64,000 bases of DNA. It comes from Takakia lepidozioides. Its lineage: Eukaryota; Plantae; Bryophyta. This document shows, piece by piece, positions 50,256-64,000 of the stretch (position 1 is the first letter of the stretch; every line of letters starts with the position of its first letter). The notes below the pieces were generated by a model, which ran no database searches, had not been told where the DNA came from, and saw only the letters and a list, made by a program, of their open reading frames with translations. A program made the position numbers and the translations under genes. The stretch is from positions 3,720,001 through 3,784,000 of the forward strand of contig CM060733.1 of assembly GCA_030704615.1 (NCBI GenBank), read 5' to 3'.

Positions 50256-53200
50256 GTGACAGTGGGAGTGCTTGTGGGGGTACTCACAATCAGCACCTGG
50301 TTCTTTACTCATAGCTACCCAAAGACAGCAGTAGCCAGCCTTTCAGAGTCTTTGCGCCTTGAAATTTTGGTAAATACGTCTGAACTTCTCGATGAGATTT
50401 TCAGAATGAATATGTATGGATCCATGGCCATCTCAAACTTGATGGAGAAGAACTTCTTTGGAGATGACTTCAGCCTCGACAGCTTTTTGAAGGTGTGTCC
50501 ACTGAACCACATATGTCTGCATGCGGTAGGGCTGTGCTTGCTACATTGTGAAGAAAGGGATCAAGGAAGGTGGATGGGGAGTCGAAGGCTTGCTTTGATT
50601 AGCAGTTTCTTCAGTATTGTTGCCACCTTCTGATGACATGAAAGATATGGTATTGAAGTACAAAGCAGGGCAGTAGCTTGTCTGCCTCTCAATCACGAGA
50701 AAGGCTTACTAATTAATTCACTTGGATCTTGACTTTGCATTCTTGCAGATCCGAGCAGCTTCATGGTCTGTGTTCAAAGCCATTCCAATGATCACTACAT
50801 TGGGTGTAACTGCATTGAATGGCCTTGCAGCAATCTATGTGCGTGATGATATTAATGTCTCCCAGGGCAGTTTCTTCATCTACACGAATGTTACTCTGCG
50901 AACCCCACAGTTCTACAGGGAGCTGGTGAGCGAGATAACGGGTGACACGATTGGGCCCCCCATGGTCCAAGTTATACAGTATCCACTGCAAGACAGAACG
51001 TGGTTTTTGGATGCATTGGCTGTTCCTATGAACAACCTCTCTTGGACCGTTGGAACAGCCATGACAAGTAAGTGGAGTAGTTCATGGGTACGATGTGGGC
51101 TGGTGGATCAAGAGTGTGATGTATTCAAATAGTGCCCTGAATCGATTGTCAGCTATACAGTTGTAGCCTGTAGCCACTATGAGGCTCTTTGAGCAGTATT
51201 ACTAAGTCACCATAGCACAACGTTGGACTCTGATGGGGTGCGAGAAATTTTGATCATGTGGCACCCAGCAGCGGAAGCCCAGCGGGCAAGGGGCAGGGAT
51301 CTTAAAGGGCATTGCACCTTCAAAGGACACTTAGCTGCCTTGAATAGTGGAAAGGGATGTTAGTGGAGGGTTTTTGGTGCGCCAGCAACAAGTTGTCCCT
51401 GTGAATTGGATGCCGGAGAGCAAAATTCATTACTTTCGATGGGCCTGGTGGCCCTTGTCAAAATTCGTGAGAGAACTTTCTAGACAGATAACATTCTTGT
51501 CGATGGATGATTTATGAGACTTATGTACAAAGCTACTGCCGTTCATGCGGTGTCACGACACCAATAGCACATATTGCAGCACGAGTTCGTATTACTCTGG
51601 TGTCCGTAGGGTGATTGGTTACATTTGGCACATGCACATTATAAGGGTAATGACATAATAGAAGAACGGAAGGAGGATCGGAAAAATTTGTAAATTGCAT
51701 TTTGGCTATGATTTCACCATATGGCTGGCATTGAGAGACAGAAATAGAGAGGAAATGGAATCCAACGAAAGCCTTTTGTGCGCAGTTAACTTTATTTGTT
51801 TTTTGCCCGTGTGTGATTGACTGATCAGGTAGACAACCATTTGTACAGTGTTCAATACCAATACAAACACGGGTTTCCAAGGAGGTGGCTGTAATCAGCT
51901 CGGGCCAAAGTGCAGTTACCATCAATGCGTTCATCTCATCCCTGGACTTGAAAGGTGGATGCCACTCTAAGCTCTTTTGCAACCTCCTGATGTAGCAGTG
52001 GGGAATAAACTGGTGCAGCTTTTCAAGTCTCCCTATTTTTTTCCTCTGCCTTTCTGACCAATTTGTGCCGCTTTCCCCGTGTTTGAAAGCATCTTAGTAT
52101 TATAACACCTTGACTCAAATTTGTAGCAGGGGGCAGCGTTTTCGTGTCAGATCAGAAAGGAGAACTACTCTTCTCCTCAGACTCCACAGCCTGTGTCACC
52201 ATGAACAAAAACAAATGCATGGCTACCCCAGTGGTCTGGAACTCAGTTCTCAATGAGGGGAAAAAGTTCCTTCAAAAGCAGGTTGGGATGGACAGTCTCA
52301 TGACCGTCAGATCCCACTTTGCAGATGTGGCAATAATGGGGAAACGGTACTCAGTGGACAGCTGGCCTTATTCCTTCCAGACTGTGAAGCTTGTGGTCGT
52401 GGTCATGATTCCAAGGAATAGTTTTTGGGGGCCTATGGACTACTACACACGAATCACATGGATATCACTTCCTCTTCTCTCGCTGGGTGTCGTCTTTATC
52501 GGCTGCAGTCTCATCTACTTGTTAGTGGAGCAAGTACAGGCGGAGGAGAAACTGAGGGCTGAGATTCAGAGGCAGTCAGAGGCCAAGTGCAGGGCAGAAG
52601 CCAGTCGGGACGCGAAAACAAACTTCCTTTCCAGTATGAGGTCAGTCCCTCCTGCTGGCTAACAAATTGTGTTGTCTTGAAACATATTGAATCGAGAGAG
52701 GCTCTGATAGCATTTGCCAAGCTTCACCAGCAAATGTACAGTTTTGAATTGGCCACACTCGTAGTACCTGCAAGATGCCTGTGGATCTGATTCAATGTAT
52801 TCTCCTTCCATTGTAGTTGCTGGATGATAAGACCACCGTCTAAGTGTCAGGCATGTTTGTGGGTCAATGTGGGCATTGATCTCATCAGTCACTTGTGTGC
52901 ATGTCAAGGAGGCTGGATCATTGCTATCCGGCTCAATTGATAATGCATAAAACTCAGGTCTCAATGTCTCCAGGAATTTTTTCTTCTCAATCTCAGGTGT
53001 GAACTAAATGTCTGCTAGGCGTAAGACTACTGGAATTACAGCAGCAGTGAATATCGGAAGTTCCTAGGTTCAGTTGGGTTTCATTCATGTCTTCTTGAAA
53101 ACGCTTCAGATAGTGACCTCTCAGGGGCGTGAATGAAAGCAACGACCTCATCATATTCTGGAAGGGGGTGATGGCATGCTGAAAACTGTGTCTATCTTTA

Positions 53201-56200
53201 GTGGTGTATCTTTTTGGTGTTGTATGACAACGAGTGGATGATTGTCATGGTGTTTGTGCGGGGTCCCATAACCAGCCACGAGCTAAGGACACCAATGGCG
53301 TGCATCATTGGGCTGCTAGACATGCTATTGAGTGAGAACTTGACCCAAGAGCATGAAGGGAGTGTTCGTCAAATCCATCGCTGTGCTACATCACTTGTTG
53401 CCCTCCTCAACTCAGCCCTCGATATCGCTAAGGTATTTCAGATTGTGCTACCATTGTTCACTTCGAGTACTTCACATAGATTTTGGCCATGGTGGGACTG
53501 AATTTCCTTCAAGAGGAGGTACTAGCGACACTTCCAATAGTGTCTCCTCCCATATTTCTAACTAGTGAGCAATGTAGTTGTACTTTGACCCACTCTTAGC
53601 AGGAACTTGAATGCTGCTATTCTTTGGCTCCTCTGCGAGTGGATTACCAAGAGGCATGTATATACTCGCAGGTAGAGTCTGGGAAGCTGGTGCTGGAGAA
53701 GGCAGAATTTGACTTGGAAGCAGAGCTAACAGCACTCATTGAAGTTTTTTCTGTCCAGTGTGACAATAAGGGACTCTTCATCTCTCTCGAGTTGGCAGGT
53801 GGCCTCTTCCTCCTTTGGTCCTCTTTACTGTTGTTGCAATACGAACGTAACGATCTACCGTCTGCTGACATTTAATTGGGGATGGTCTTAGCAAAGCCTC
53901 TAAGAGGAAGATAGGATTCTGGGGGAATTGGATGTCCAGACTACTGCCAACAGGGAGCTAATGTCATCTACCAGTTATGGCAAGTCTGCAAATGGGGAGG
54001 GAGGGGATAGGAAATGTGCAAGGAGCAATTGTCATAAAAGAGATGGAAAGGAGTTCACTGAAATGGGATGTTTGCATGATCTTCCAGATGATGTGCCGAA
54101 AAATGTGATAGGTGACTCGGCACGTGTGATGCAAATCTTCACAAACTTAATAGGGAATAGCATTAAGTTTACAGCCAAGGGTCGGATTCTGGTGCGTGGT
54201 CGACTTGCCCATCCTGAACCTGTTAATCAAGCAAAGGTGCACCGACGCAGCTTCAGCTCGTTTTCACTTGATAGATTTGCAGAAGCGTCTTCCGAAGAAG
54301 TGGTTATTGTGTTTGAAGTTGATGACACAGGGCCTGGAATTGAGCCAGGTTTTTAACTCTCTCTTTTTCTTTCAACTGTTCTTTTACTTGCATCCCTGGG
54401 GCCCTGCAGACGTTATAAACTTCTTTCCTTAAAATTTTCCTTCTCTATGTTTATTTCTTCCTTTCTTTCCTCGTTTCATTGTTCTTTCTTTCTTTGTTGC
54501 ATGCTCATCCCATAAGCTGCCTGGCATAAATATCTTTTCTTCCATTTTGTTTCCTCTCTCTTGTTTTCTTCCATTTTGTCCCATAACCTCTAAGAGCTTT
54601 CCGGGGACGTTACGAAGTATCATTCATGCCATTGTATTTCTTGCTTTTCTCCTCTTCAGCCTTTGAGCCATACTTGCTGGTCAGGCTAAGTTATTATCTG
54701 GCTGTTATCAATTAGATAGCACATAAAAAGACATGACTGAAGATTTGGTTGGATAAACTCAGCATTGCGGGAGAGGGTCTTCGAGAATTTTGTTCAGGGC
54801 GATGCAAGCACTACTCGCACGTAAGTCACACCACAATAGCATTTACTTTATTCCTAGAGTGCCAATGAATAAGTTCTTCCCAAGTAAGTACTGCTTCAGA
54901 TATGTGAGTTGGCTTCTGTAAACATAGGCCCAGAAGCCGTGTTCTATTTTAATAACGAACTTAAATGTACTACAGATGTTTAGTCCAAAATCTGTATCTC
55001 AATTCTGGCAACAGGAGAAGCCTTCTCTCCAGCCCAGATTTTACCATGTTCATGACATGTATGGTGTGTTAAGGGGTACTTGGTGCATGTTCCCAGGCAT
55101 GGAGGGACTGGGTTGGGGCTGGGCATAGTGCAATCGTTAGTGCAATTGATGGGCGGAAATATCAAGATTGTTGAGAAATCCGGTCCAGGAGCCCTTTTCC
55201 AATTCTCTGTGTGCTTTCAACGGCCAGTGAAATGTGAGAAGGTGCCCTTTAATCTCCCCTCTTCTTTCCAAGGAGCTGAGGTTGTGTTGGGAATCCCAGA
55301 TGCAGACTGTTGGGCAGTTGCTGCCCACTGGATAACAGGACGGGGCTTGGCTGTACAGCAAGTTGAGACTTGGGAACAGATTCTGTTGCACATGAGAGCC
55401 CTAAATGGAACTTCCAGTGAACAGAGGAAAAGGGTCCAGAATGGGAAAATTGTGGCGGCTGGGGTCAAGCAGAGGTACAATTCAGATTGTGTACAGCCTG
55501 CAGTGGTGGGAGTGGAGGGCAGTACAACAGGGGTGTCAGCATCAGCTCCAAAAAGATCAAGTAGGTATGAGTTCTGGAAAGGTTGGAAGAACATTGGTGG
55601 GAAGCCATTGAGTGGGCAAGAAAGGCAAATTTTGATTATAGATACAAGCCTTCTTCCCAGCATTGTGGAGCATGCATACTTGGAAGAGTACCTTCAGCAA
55701 TCAGGTTTTTTGACGGGTACTGCTGCATTGTGCCTTGACGCCCCAGGGCTCGAGAAGCTGGACTTGAATGAACGGCAGCTGACAGCAATGCAACGAAATT
55801 TATTGGTGGTCTGGGTCACACCCTCCAACACTGTTGAACCTGTGAAGGCTGCATTGCGATCAGTGCGAAATTCCATCACAGTAAGGAGGCCCTTGCATGC
55901 TGCTCGGTTAAAGGAACTGTTCCAACAGATTGCCAAAGAAGGAGGGGATCCTTTACCTGTCTTGGAGATGGAGAAACCTCCAAAAATCCTCTCTTCAAAT
56001 GCTATCAATTATGCAAGGCAACAGGAATGGGATGATCCATATGGGTGTGATGCTGAGGTGCCACTTGTGGGTGTGCCAGAACCCACAGAAACATCATCCT
56101 TGAGTGAACTCTCTATCATTCAATCTGAGCAAAATTCAAAGCCGAATATGTCAGGGGAGGAGGTTCACCTCCCAGAGGGAAGTCTCACCTCAGCCACTGA

Positions 56201-57137
56201 AAGTGCCAGGGCAATTGATGACCAACTGATCCAGAGCTCAATATCTGCAACAAAGCTTGTCAACAATGTTCAGAGACCTCGCCTGCAACCAAAACGCAAG
56301 CTGGTCCGGGCAATGTCGAAGCCCTTTGAAAAACTGGAGATCTTGGTTGCTGAAGACACTCCTCTGCTTCGGAAGTTAGCAGTGGCTATGCTGCGGAGGC
56401 TAGGGGCCACCACCCATGAAGCAGCTAATGGCCAGGAAGCCTTAACAGCCGTCATTGCCCGTATGCACAGTGGCCAGACACCTTTTCACTGTATCCTCAT
56501 GGACTGCCAGGTATTCAATTTCTTTCATATCATATAGGTGACGACATAAGCCACTATGTGCATTTATTCTGTCAGCAACCGCAAATAATGTTTTCACTGG
56601 ACGTTCTTTACCCATGATCATAGTTTTGCTTGTTTCCTTCAGAGGGGTGTGGCATGCACTAGGAGAGATACTTTAACACCATCTTGTTTGCTTTGTGTGA
56701 TCTCACATACCTTCACTTTTTAATGGTGGTTCATTCACCAAGGCCAAATTTGTCACCTAAGACTGATGGTGATGGTACAATTAGTGGCACTCTTCACAGG
56801 TTGATAAGAATACTTCAAATTGCACTGAAGTCTGCCTGACAGACAGAAAGTTTATGATGTTGGGATTTGGCAGATGCCGGTGATGGATGGGTATGCAGCG
56901 TGCAAGGCTGTGCGGGAAGCAGAGCATGAAGGAAGGCAACGAACCTCCATAATCGCACTCACTGCAAATGCTATGGCAAGTGATGAGCAGAAGTGCCTAC
57001 ATGCTGGTATGGACGCTTTCCTTACCAAACCCATTGATCAAGAGTATATGGTTCAAATCATCCTGCGTACACTCTCATCCAAAACTTCAAAGCTATCCAC
57101 TCCTGCAAAAGAAGGAGTAAATAGCTTAGCTCAATGA
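50256..57137 (+). CDS. Multi-exon hybrid sensor histidine kinase (CKI1/AHK1-like): TM, extracellular sensor, TM, HisKA, HATPase, receiver; start codon not resolved
   Basis: Phase-compatible GT-AG exons 50256-50492, 50749-51067, 51829-51954, 52130-52640, 53276-53432, 53672-53798, 54088-54348, 54763-54820, 55097-56510 and 56874-57137. Motifs MSHELRTP, TNLIGNSIKFT, DDTGPGI, FENFVQGD, GGTGLGL, ILVAED, ILMDCQMPVMDGY, ALTANA and GMDAFLTKP. Confidence 0.92.
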
Positions 57138-58090
57138 AGGCAATGGTTATCCAGTATCAACCTAGAACTTGAACCTGCATGTTCATCGAGTAACGTCCTG
57201 CTTAGTTTGGGACTCTTGGAGGCCTTGGCATCCAACCTTGGTGCACTCTATGGGACACTGCCAGAGACCTGACAGATACCCCTTATATTCATGCAGGGTT
57301 ATTGAAAGTGGTGAGATTCACTATCACTGTTTTTATACAGGAAAACTAGCCGTATGAATTTGATGTAGATGTTTCGCAGGGTTTGTTGGGCCAATTAAAC
57401 CATTTCTCAAGGATGATCACAGCCATTAATGTACGACAGGTTCGGTCGAAGGGTATCATTCACATTTCTTTTTTACCGTTGAAATTTTTTCTGATGAAAA
57501 GTAGTGTACATCTCTATGCAGAGAATGCCAAGGCCAAATTTGAATAGATGTACAAGTACTATACCCCTACCACAGCTGAGGGTCCCAGTGATTAGGACTA
57601 TTATAAGTGAAATGCTCTGCTCCCATGTACCTACACCTGTACCATTTTGACAGTACTTCTGCTAAGGTCAATTGATGAACATCTTTGTACAGAACCTTGG
57701 ACTCCTTCCTGTCAGTGTAAAAGTGCAACAGTCTGGTTAGTAAGCTGACAAAATTGTAAGAGTTGAACTGGAGGCTGCCCTTTGTCCACGTGGGAATCAT
57801 TTTGATTATAGGGTGGTTGATGAGTGGATCTCTGCGTGAACGGAAAAAATCTCTTATTATAATAGTAAGGTTTACAATCATCACTTGAGTATCAAGTTTG
57901 TATATATGAAGAGTAGCTAATTACATTCATGTCCTTGTCAAACTCAACAGTGAAGGAAGACTAAGTCACAAATTTTTGGCTCCTGTGATTCTAGTCTCCG
58001 TTTCATCATGACTCAATGAAGTGATCAAGGCATTGAGTTGAATTGACATTGCTGCACAGAATGTTAGCACAATGCAGCTACCAACACGTT

Positions 58091-58819
58091 TCATTTGCTT
58101 GTGAATTTGGTGACGGCCTTGGTGCCTTCCGAGATAGCATGCTTAGCCAGCTCCCCAGGAAGAATAAGACGAACTGCAGTCTGGACCTCCCGAGACTGGA
58201 TGGTTGGTTTTTTGTTGTAGCGTGACAAGCGGGCTGCCTCTGACGCCAACTTCTCAAAGATATCGTGAATGAAACTGTTCATGATGCCCATAGCTTTGCT
58301 AGATATTCCGGTGTCTGGGTGAACCTTTCAAGCATTTCAAACCATTTGTTAGCAACTAGCACAATCTTCAGTGACCCTGCCATAAGTAACTACAAAATCC
58401 GTGATTCACTGCATCACGCCTTTTACTGGCAAATGAGATTACATGCATTCAAATTTCACGAGGAGACAACTGATGCCAACTGACAACATGAGAAAGGGAA
58501 AAAGAAACTTCATAGCTTGGAGACTTAAAGAGGAATTCATACTCTCAACTCTGAACCGAAGGCTTCAGCAAGTGAGAAAAAAGGAATGTCTTGTGTAACG
58601 ATGGGCCATTCTCCATAAACATGGAACTTCCAAATAGACGAGGAAGCAGAAAGTAACAATGTTGTGAAATGATAACCGCAATTGGTGAGCCCAACTGTAC
58701 CTGTTTCAGTACTTGGCATCATCCTGGGCCCCTGCTGGCTTCTTCACCGATTTCCGCCTCGGCTTCTTATTGTGGGCCCTCTTCTTCAATTGGTATTGAC
58801 CCACATCTTTCCCTGTCAT
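58091..58819 (-). pseudogene. H2B: Histone H2B-like gene with an intron; first coding exon out of frame
   Basis: Exon 58091-58324 reads [18 protein letters not shown]...[22 protein letters not shown]. Intron 58325-58700 follows QVLKQ. The Lys-rich tail from the ATG at 58819 is in another frame and the usual YxxYIY segment is missing. Confidence 0.8.
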
Positions 58820-59206
58820 TCTTCCTCCTGGAAATGATACACCTTAGCAGAACAACAACTATGTACCCGATATTAGAGAGAGAGACAGAGAGACAGAGAC
58901 AGAGATACTGGAGAGGCTGGCTGACCAGGTTGTTGCAGTTGTGCAGTAACCGCCTGGCCCTGTGACCGCTAGTTTCCTGCCCTAACTTCGAAGATTTTGC
59001 GCAATGCCCCACTAAATCTAGCCCCACCTGCTGCATTCTGGCCTTGACTCTCTGGCATGCAAGTGACCCTTGAAACCACCTCAGACATTGTTTCGAGCAA
59101 TCTACGTCCTCCTCCCCCATTCTTTCTTTTCTTCCTGCTTACCATTGCAGCTTTGCGCTTCTGTCTACATTATAATTTGTTTGCATCTCAGAGAGTAATA
59201 GAGTCC

Positions 59207-60334
59207 ATGGCACGAGCAGCACACGTATTTGGTGTGATGGTTTTAACATGGGCGGTGATGAACGTTGGAGGAGCTATGAGCGCGGCCTTCAAACTCACTG
59301 GTACAAGTTTCGATTGGCTGTTTCTGTTATACCTTAGCCAGAACAACATCCAGTGCATTCGGTGTGGAGAGAAAGTATGAGATCGTTTCGAGTTTTCAAA
59401 TACATGGTAGAAGGCGTTTCTCTTGCTCTTGTCTTGACATGCACTGTTGTTTCATCATCTCCATTCAATTGGCATCTCTGCACACAGGAAGCGATAAGGA
59501 CTCTTGGCCGGAGCTGCTGCGTGCCAATGTCAGTCAAGCAACAAGCATCCTCAACGCCAGTGGGCTAGTACAACACATTTATGTGCAACCACCTATGGGT
59601 GGCTCCATTTCTCCCCCTGCCAATCAGGGTACAGCCACGGATGTTTGGCTCTACTCTGATGGCAACATCGTGTATGAAATGCCCAAGCGCGGCATCTGGC
59701 ACCCCAATCGTATGTATCGAGTTCATGCTTTCTTTCCAAACCATTTCGCGGATGCATATTGCCATTGCCTTGATGGATATACGGCACAGATAAACAGACG
59801 AGAGGAAGAAATGAAATGGTTCTTACCGTAGGAACCTGAAAGAGCTTATGGGACGAGGGGAAAGCATGAAACAAGAAAGAGAATTGGGCCCTCCAGAAGC
59901 AGCCCAAATTGTCTAAGAATACACGCCTCAAGGTGTCTAAGTCCACTTGAAGCCCGACGCGCGGCACTGGTCCATCATCTTCTTTTCATGCCCGTTTGGA
60001 TTTGTCTTAACTTATCTGGGAGTTTTCTGGGAAATATTCGAAGAATCTGGGTACTAGATATTGAACAGTTGACGCAAGCCATGCATCATCTTAATGGGAC
60101 TCCACTCTTAACTGAATCTGTTGGGGGAACTTGGCAGGGCTGAGTCCAGGCTGGCCAACGCTGGCAGGAGTGGATTACTTGCAGGCCATTAAGCAAATGC
60201 ATGCGGACATGATAGGACTCGACATCATCTTCGGCCCCGCTGGGTTCTTCCGAACTGGCGACCTCAGGTTTGATCGAGTCTGGCTCGATGTCAACAGCGA
60301 TGGGACTGTGGCTGGAGTTCCTTCGGTGGGTTAA
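59207..60334 (+). CDS. Secreted protein with two tandem potato inhibitor I (I13) protease-inhibitor domains, 170 aa
   Basis: Exons 59207-59300, 59488-59709 and 60138-60334 total 513 nt with matching phase-1 introns. Hydrophobic N-terminus, then SWPELL...VWLYSDGNIVYEMPKRG and GWPTLAG...RTGDLRFDRVWLDVNSDGTVAGVPSVG. Confidence 0.85.
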
Positions 60335-60798
60335 CTTAAGTAGCTCCATTGCCTCAGCCCCACACACACACACACTTCTCCATTCACATCTTTCCACAGC
60401 AAAGCCATCTTCAGGAATTCAAATTATGCCCAAAATGCAGCCGCCACCTTGCTTAGTCCCTGGCAGGAATTTCTTGGAACTGGAACTTCCTCTTTTTTTC
60501 TTTTTTTTCCTTCTTTTTTTTGGGGAAAAGGGAGAAGCCCAAACTGCATTGAAAAGGAAGTGAAGAAAATAACCACTTGGGGTGGTGAGGCTTACAATGG
60601 GGGGTAGCCACAAGGTAACCAAGGAAGCGAAAACCAAAGAAAGTAAACCATGAGAACGAACAAAGGAACAAGGAAGGGAAAGGAGAAACAATGGAGAACA
60701 TGAAAGCAGACAAGAGGCAGAAAAAACCGGCAGCGAACGAAGAACTGGAACCAAAGTTTTTTTTCTTTTCGTTTTTCTTGCAGAAGGGAAAGAAGCCC

Positions 60799-60803
<5 letters not shown>

Positions 60804-60833
<30 letters not shown>

Positions 60834-61450
60834 CTTATAATAAATTTAAGGGGAAGGAAGCCCTTTAGATCATATTAATAAAGGTGTAATGGAAAAATTA
60901 ACCAGGACAGGAGGCCATAAGGCTTACATCTTTTGAAAGATTGGGTAACACCCTAACCAAGCCCCAAGGGCAAGCTAAGCCACCTAGAACTAGAACCTGG
61001 AGCCCTGAGGGAGGAAGCTAAGCTTCAGGCTTTAATAGAAATCTGGGAGGAGATGCCAGAAGATCAGCATCAGAAATACAACCAAAGAGTACTGAATAGT
61101 ACTACAAAAAGCTACGAGAGCCAAGCTGTTTGACAAACAAGTTGTTGGTCTAACAGTCTGTCATGCAGGGAGCCTTCCAACAGTTCCAAAAACAAAAGCA
61201 TGTGGAGCTGTTTGAAGAGTGCTCCCCCCCCAAAAAAAAGAAGCTGTATCATAACAGCGAGCAAAGCCTTCACGCACCCAACTGAAAACCAACCTGATCC
61301 TAGCCAAGACTATGTCTCTAAGTGACTTGTACCATTCTAACCAGATGGGCAGTGAACATAGAAAGAGCAGCTGCCTAAGAAGAGAGGAGAGAAGAGAGCC
61401 CTGACAAACAAATGCCAAAGATCAGAAGTCTAAGTGGACCCTAGCAATTG
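60804..61450 (-). mobile_element. Probable 5'-truncated LINE 3' end with poly(A) tail
   Basis: A ~30-nt T run at 60804-60833. Upstream on the minus strand a decayed frame (LFLCSLPIWLEW) resembles the LINE ORF2 C-terminal WxIWxER region. Confidence 0.45.
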
Positions 61451-62662
61451 AAGCACGGCCCTTGCGATGGCGCCAGTTGATGTCCCAAAGTTTAAAAGTT
61501 GAGTCTTAAGGTCGGAAGCTATGTAGTTTTTTTATTTGTTTTTTTTTCTGGAATATGTAGTCTTTTTCTTTTTTTCTTTAGTAGTCTTTGTACTAAATAA
61601 ATAGAATTAAATAGACACCTTGAGCCACAGTAATGATTATTTTTAAGAAAAACAAGAAAAAAAAACAGAAAATAATTATTTTCAGAAACATTTAATGGAA
61701 ATATGATTAGAATAATAATGGTGCATCTATAGTGTAGGGCTACTACATATGCTGCTGAAAGCCAATTTGTAGGAGGAAAGAATCTTGCTGCACTTTTAGT
61801 GTCATAAATCAGTTGGAGAAAAAAAAAACTTATCTAGAATAATCAGTGACCTCAATCATTGACCTTGACATCCACTATTGAACTAGCCAATTATAAAAGT
61901 GAAATAGAAAGTAAATAATCTGCATGGGCTTGCATATATAATTGCATGCAACTTCATAAATTTATAAATAAAACAAATGATTAACATGATACATGCATGG
62001 GCTTGCAAGCTTATATAAATACAAAAGTGGCAATTGCAATGGAGGAAGAGGAAGAGCTTCGCAAGAGCGGGGTGTGTAAGCTTCGCAGACAGCCTCCACA
62101 CCTCTTCAACCCTAGCACTCGGACTCCCCTTCTTCCCCACTATCGACTCTAAGTCCCAAACAAGCCAATGCAGTACCTCTCGAATCATCCCGAACATCAT
62201 AACTCGGTGTCTTCGGCAGGCCCCATCCCTATCACCGGATCTAAGCGGCTGTCATGATGAGCCTATCTATCTTCATCATAGTCACATGCTTAGCCGTATG
62301 CTTCTCAGTTCACCTCTATTAATTCTCCCTAAAGCGCAGCCGCCAAGTACACAAGTCCCCCCCCCCCCCCCCAATCTCCTGCCAAAACATCCTGGCCAAT
62401 CCGATCCCTACCTTTTTCATCATGGAAATGATCAATGCCAGCCTCTGGCTTCAGTTTCCTAGGAGCCGCCTTCACTAACTCACCCCTAAGCCCCTACCCG
62501 CGCTTCGTTGCTGCAGCTGATCAACTCGGCCTCGTTTTTCAGCCGACGCCTTTCCTCCAGTCTATCTTCTCTGCTTCCTCGCCCGGCTAAGCCTAAGGTG
62601 CCTGCAAGTTCTCTTTTGCTTGCATCTGGCTATCTGATTCTTGTTATCTGGTTTCCTCTCAA

Positions 62663-63944
62663 TTGCCCTCCCCTCCTTCTCCTCCAGCTCCCTCTCCTGT
62701 TGCATCTGCTCGCTTCCCCCCCATGGCGCCCTTCCTTCACAAAGCCTTCAATTCGGCAACCCATCGCCCAGGTCAAGGCCCTAAGTTTGCGGATCCCCGC
62801 AGACTCCACCCGTCAACGGGGACAGGTTTCTTCATTGCGCATCAAACGCATTCCATGGGCCTCATTGTGCACAGTTCTTCTCAGGCAAACCGTCCCCCAC
62901 CTCAATTCGCTCCAGGCCCTCCCCTGAGGCCCCCCATTCACAATGCTGCTGCAGAGATCTCTTCCGGGCCCCACTCAGTTTCCCCGAGCCCGCCCATTCC
63001 AGGCAGCCCGCCCACAGATCTCTCGGAAGATTCCCCTTCAGACTCCACTGCCTTGCAGTCTGCAATCGCCAGGGACCACCCACTCGTCCCAGTGGAGCTC
63101 GACCAGATTGACTCAGATGTAGCTCAATATGAGAACAACGGTATCCTTCTTCATTTCCCAGGCAAGAAAGTGACTAGAAACCAAGCGAAAGATTGGGCTA
63201 AACGTCATCTGGGTGCATCAGGTGACTTGCTTCATCACTTTTGTCATGCAAGAGGCCGTGGATTCTTCTCCATTCTTTTTTATTCCAAAGAGGCAACGGA
63301 CAAAGCCCGAGCGTTCAATCCTCATCTGCATGGGCTTAATGTCAATACTTTCCCATGGTCCAGATGCATGGGAAACATGAATGGCAAGATATGGAGCCCA
63401 AGGATCATATCATTGCCTTACATTCCTAACCAATACCTCTTAAGCCTACCGGCTATAGGCAATTATTTTGGTGCTTTTTTGGGATGTTTGGCGGTCTTTG
63501 ACAATGATTCATACACTACCTCCCTGCGACAGCACCCAGCATGGAGAGGGGCTACCATTTCATCTAAGGCGAATGAAAACGGATTTCCTAAGATAGTAGT
63601 GTTTATGTCCAACGATCAGGATCTTCCAGAATTCATCAGGCTGCCAATTGACAATCAAGGCAATTATTTCTCTGTGAAAGTGTCTAAGGACACGGCAGCT
63701 TCGGCATGTTATTATTGTGGAAAATATGGGCACCCTCAAGGCAGGTTGCCCCAGGCTGAAAAGAAGGAGAATGAACAACCCACAGGCTGGGCACGGAAGC
63801 ACCGAAATTATTCAAAATTCAGCTCCTACCACAGATCCCCACCCAGGAATTCCAATCAATCACAAAAAGTCCTCTCTATGTCACCCACTCTCGCTAAAGA
63901 AAGTTGACCAGAGGCCTGCCCTTGATCAGAGCAACCATGCCTGA
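62663..63944 (+). mobile_element. L1-like LINE ORF1 (Pro-rich N-terminus, DUF4283-like region, zinc knuckle); element runs off the window end
   Basis: RGRGFFSILFYS...FPWS...IGNYFG, then CYYCGKYGH with the last Cys (GCP) in a shifted frame. Preceded by a pyrimidine-rich 5' region. Confidence 0.7.
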
Positions 63945-64000
63945 GATTGTGTAGTCAATCAGATTTCCATCTCCCTGCCAACAAAGAAAAGAAGGCAAAT

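Noticed and set aside
50256-57137. Bacterial two-component kinase or contamination
   Set aside because: Ten phase-compatible exons separated by spliceosomal introns and plant CKI1/AHK-like architecture show it is a host gene.

Overview
Eukaryotic nuclear DNA from a land plant, most likely a non-seed plant (inference from GT-AG introns, PLS-type PPR fragments, a CKI1/AHK-like hybrid histidine kinase and a plant-type LINE ORF1). The first ~33 kb is a nest of three degenerate mobile elements. Element A (from before base 1 to at least 26478) is a large Sola1-like DDE transposon. It carries a divergent cargo region (Pol II CTD-like repeats, a ParB-like domain, a degenerate methyltransferase-like segment, two FCP1/NIF-like HAD domains) and 12 dispersed copies of a 24-bp palindrome. 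Element B (14106-25499) is a Mutator-like element inside A, with a 9-bp target-site duplication and imperfect TIRs. It encodes a MULE/SWIM transposase and a spliced ParB plus beta-class amino-methyltransferase-like gene, whose probable first intron holds an array of ~14 copies of a 36-bp palindrome. Element C (26479-~32714) is a 5'-truncated Ty3/Gypsy element whose pol has a C5-cytosine methyltransferase between protease and RT and a PHD finger after integrase. The main candidate novel system is a ParB-methyltransferase cargo gene paired with element-specific palindromes, seen in two unrelated DNA transposons. The rest of the window has an endonuclease-bearing Helitron remnant, a CACTA-like end, PPR pseudogenes, the multi-exon histidine kinase, an intron-containing H2B-like gene, a two-domain potato-inhibitor-I gene and LINE pieces. 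All domain calls come from motif recognition by eye; no searches were run. Many 1-bp frameshifts could be assembly errors.
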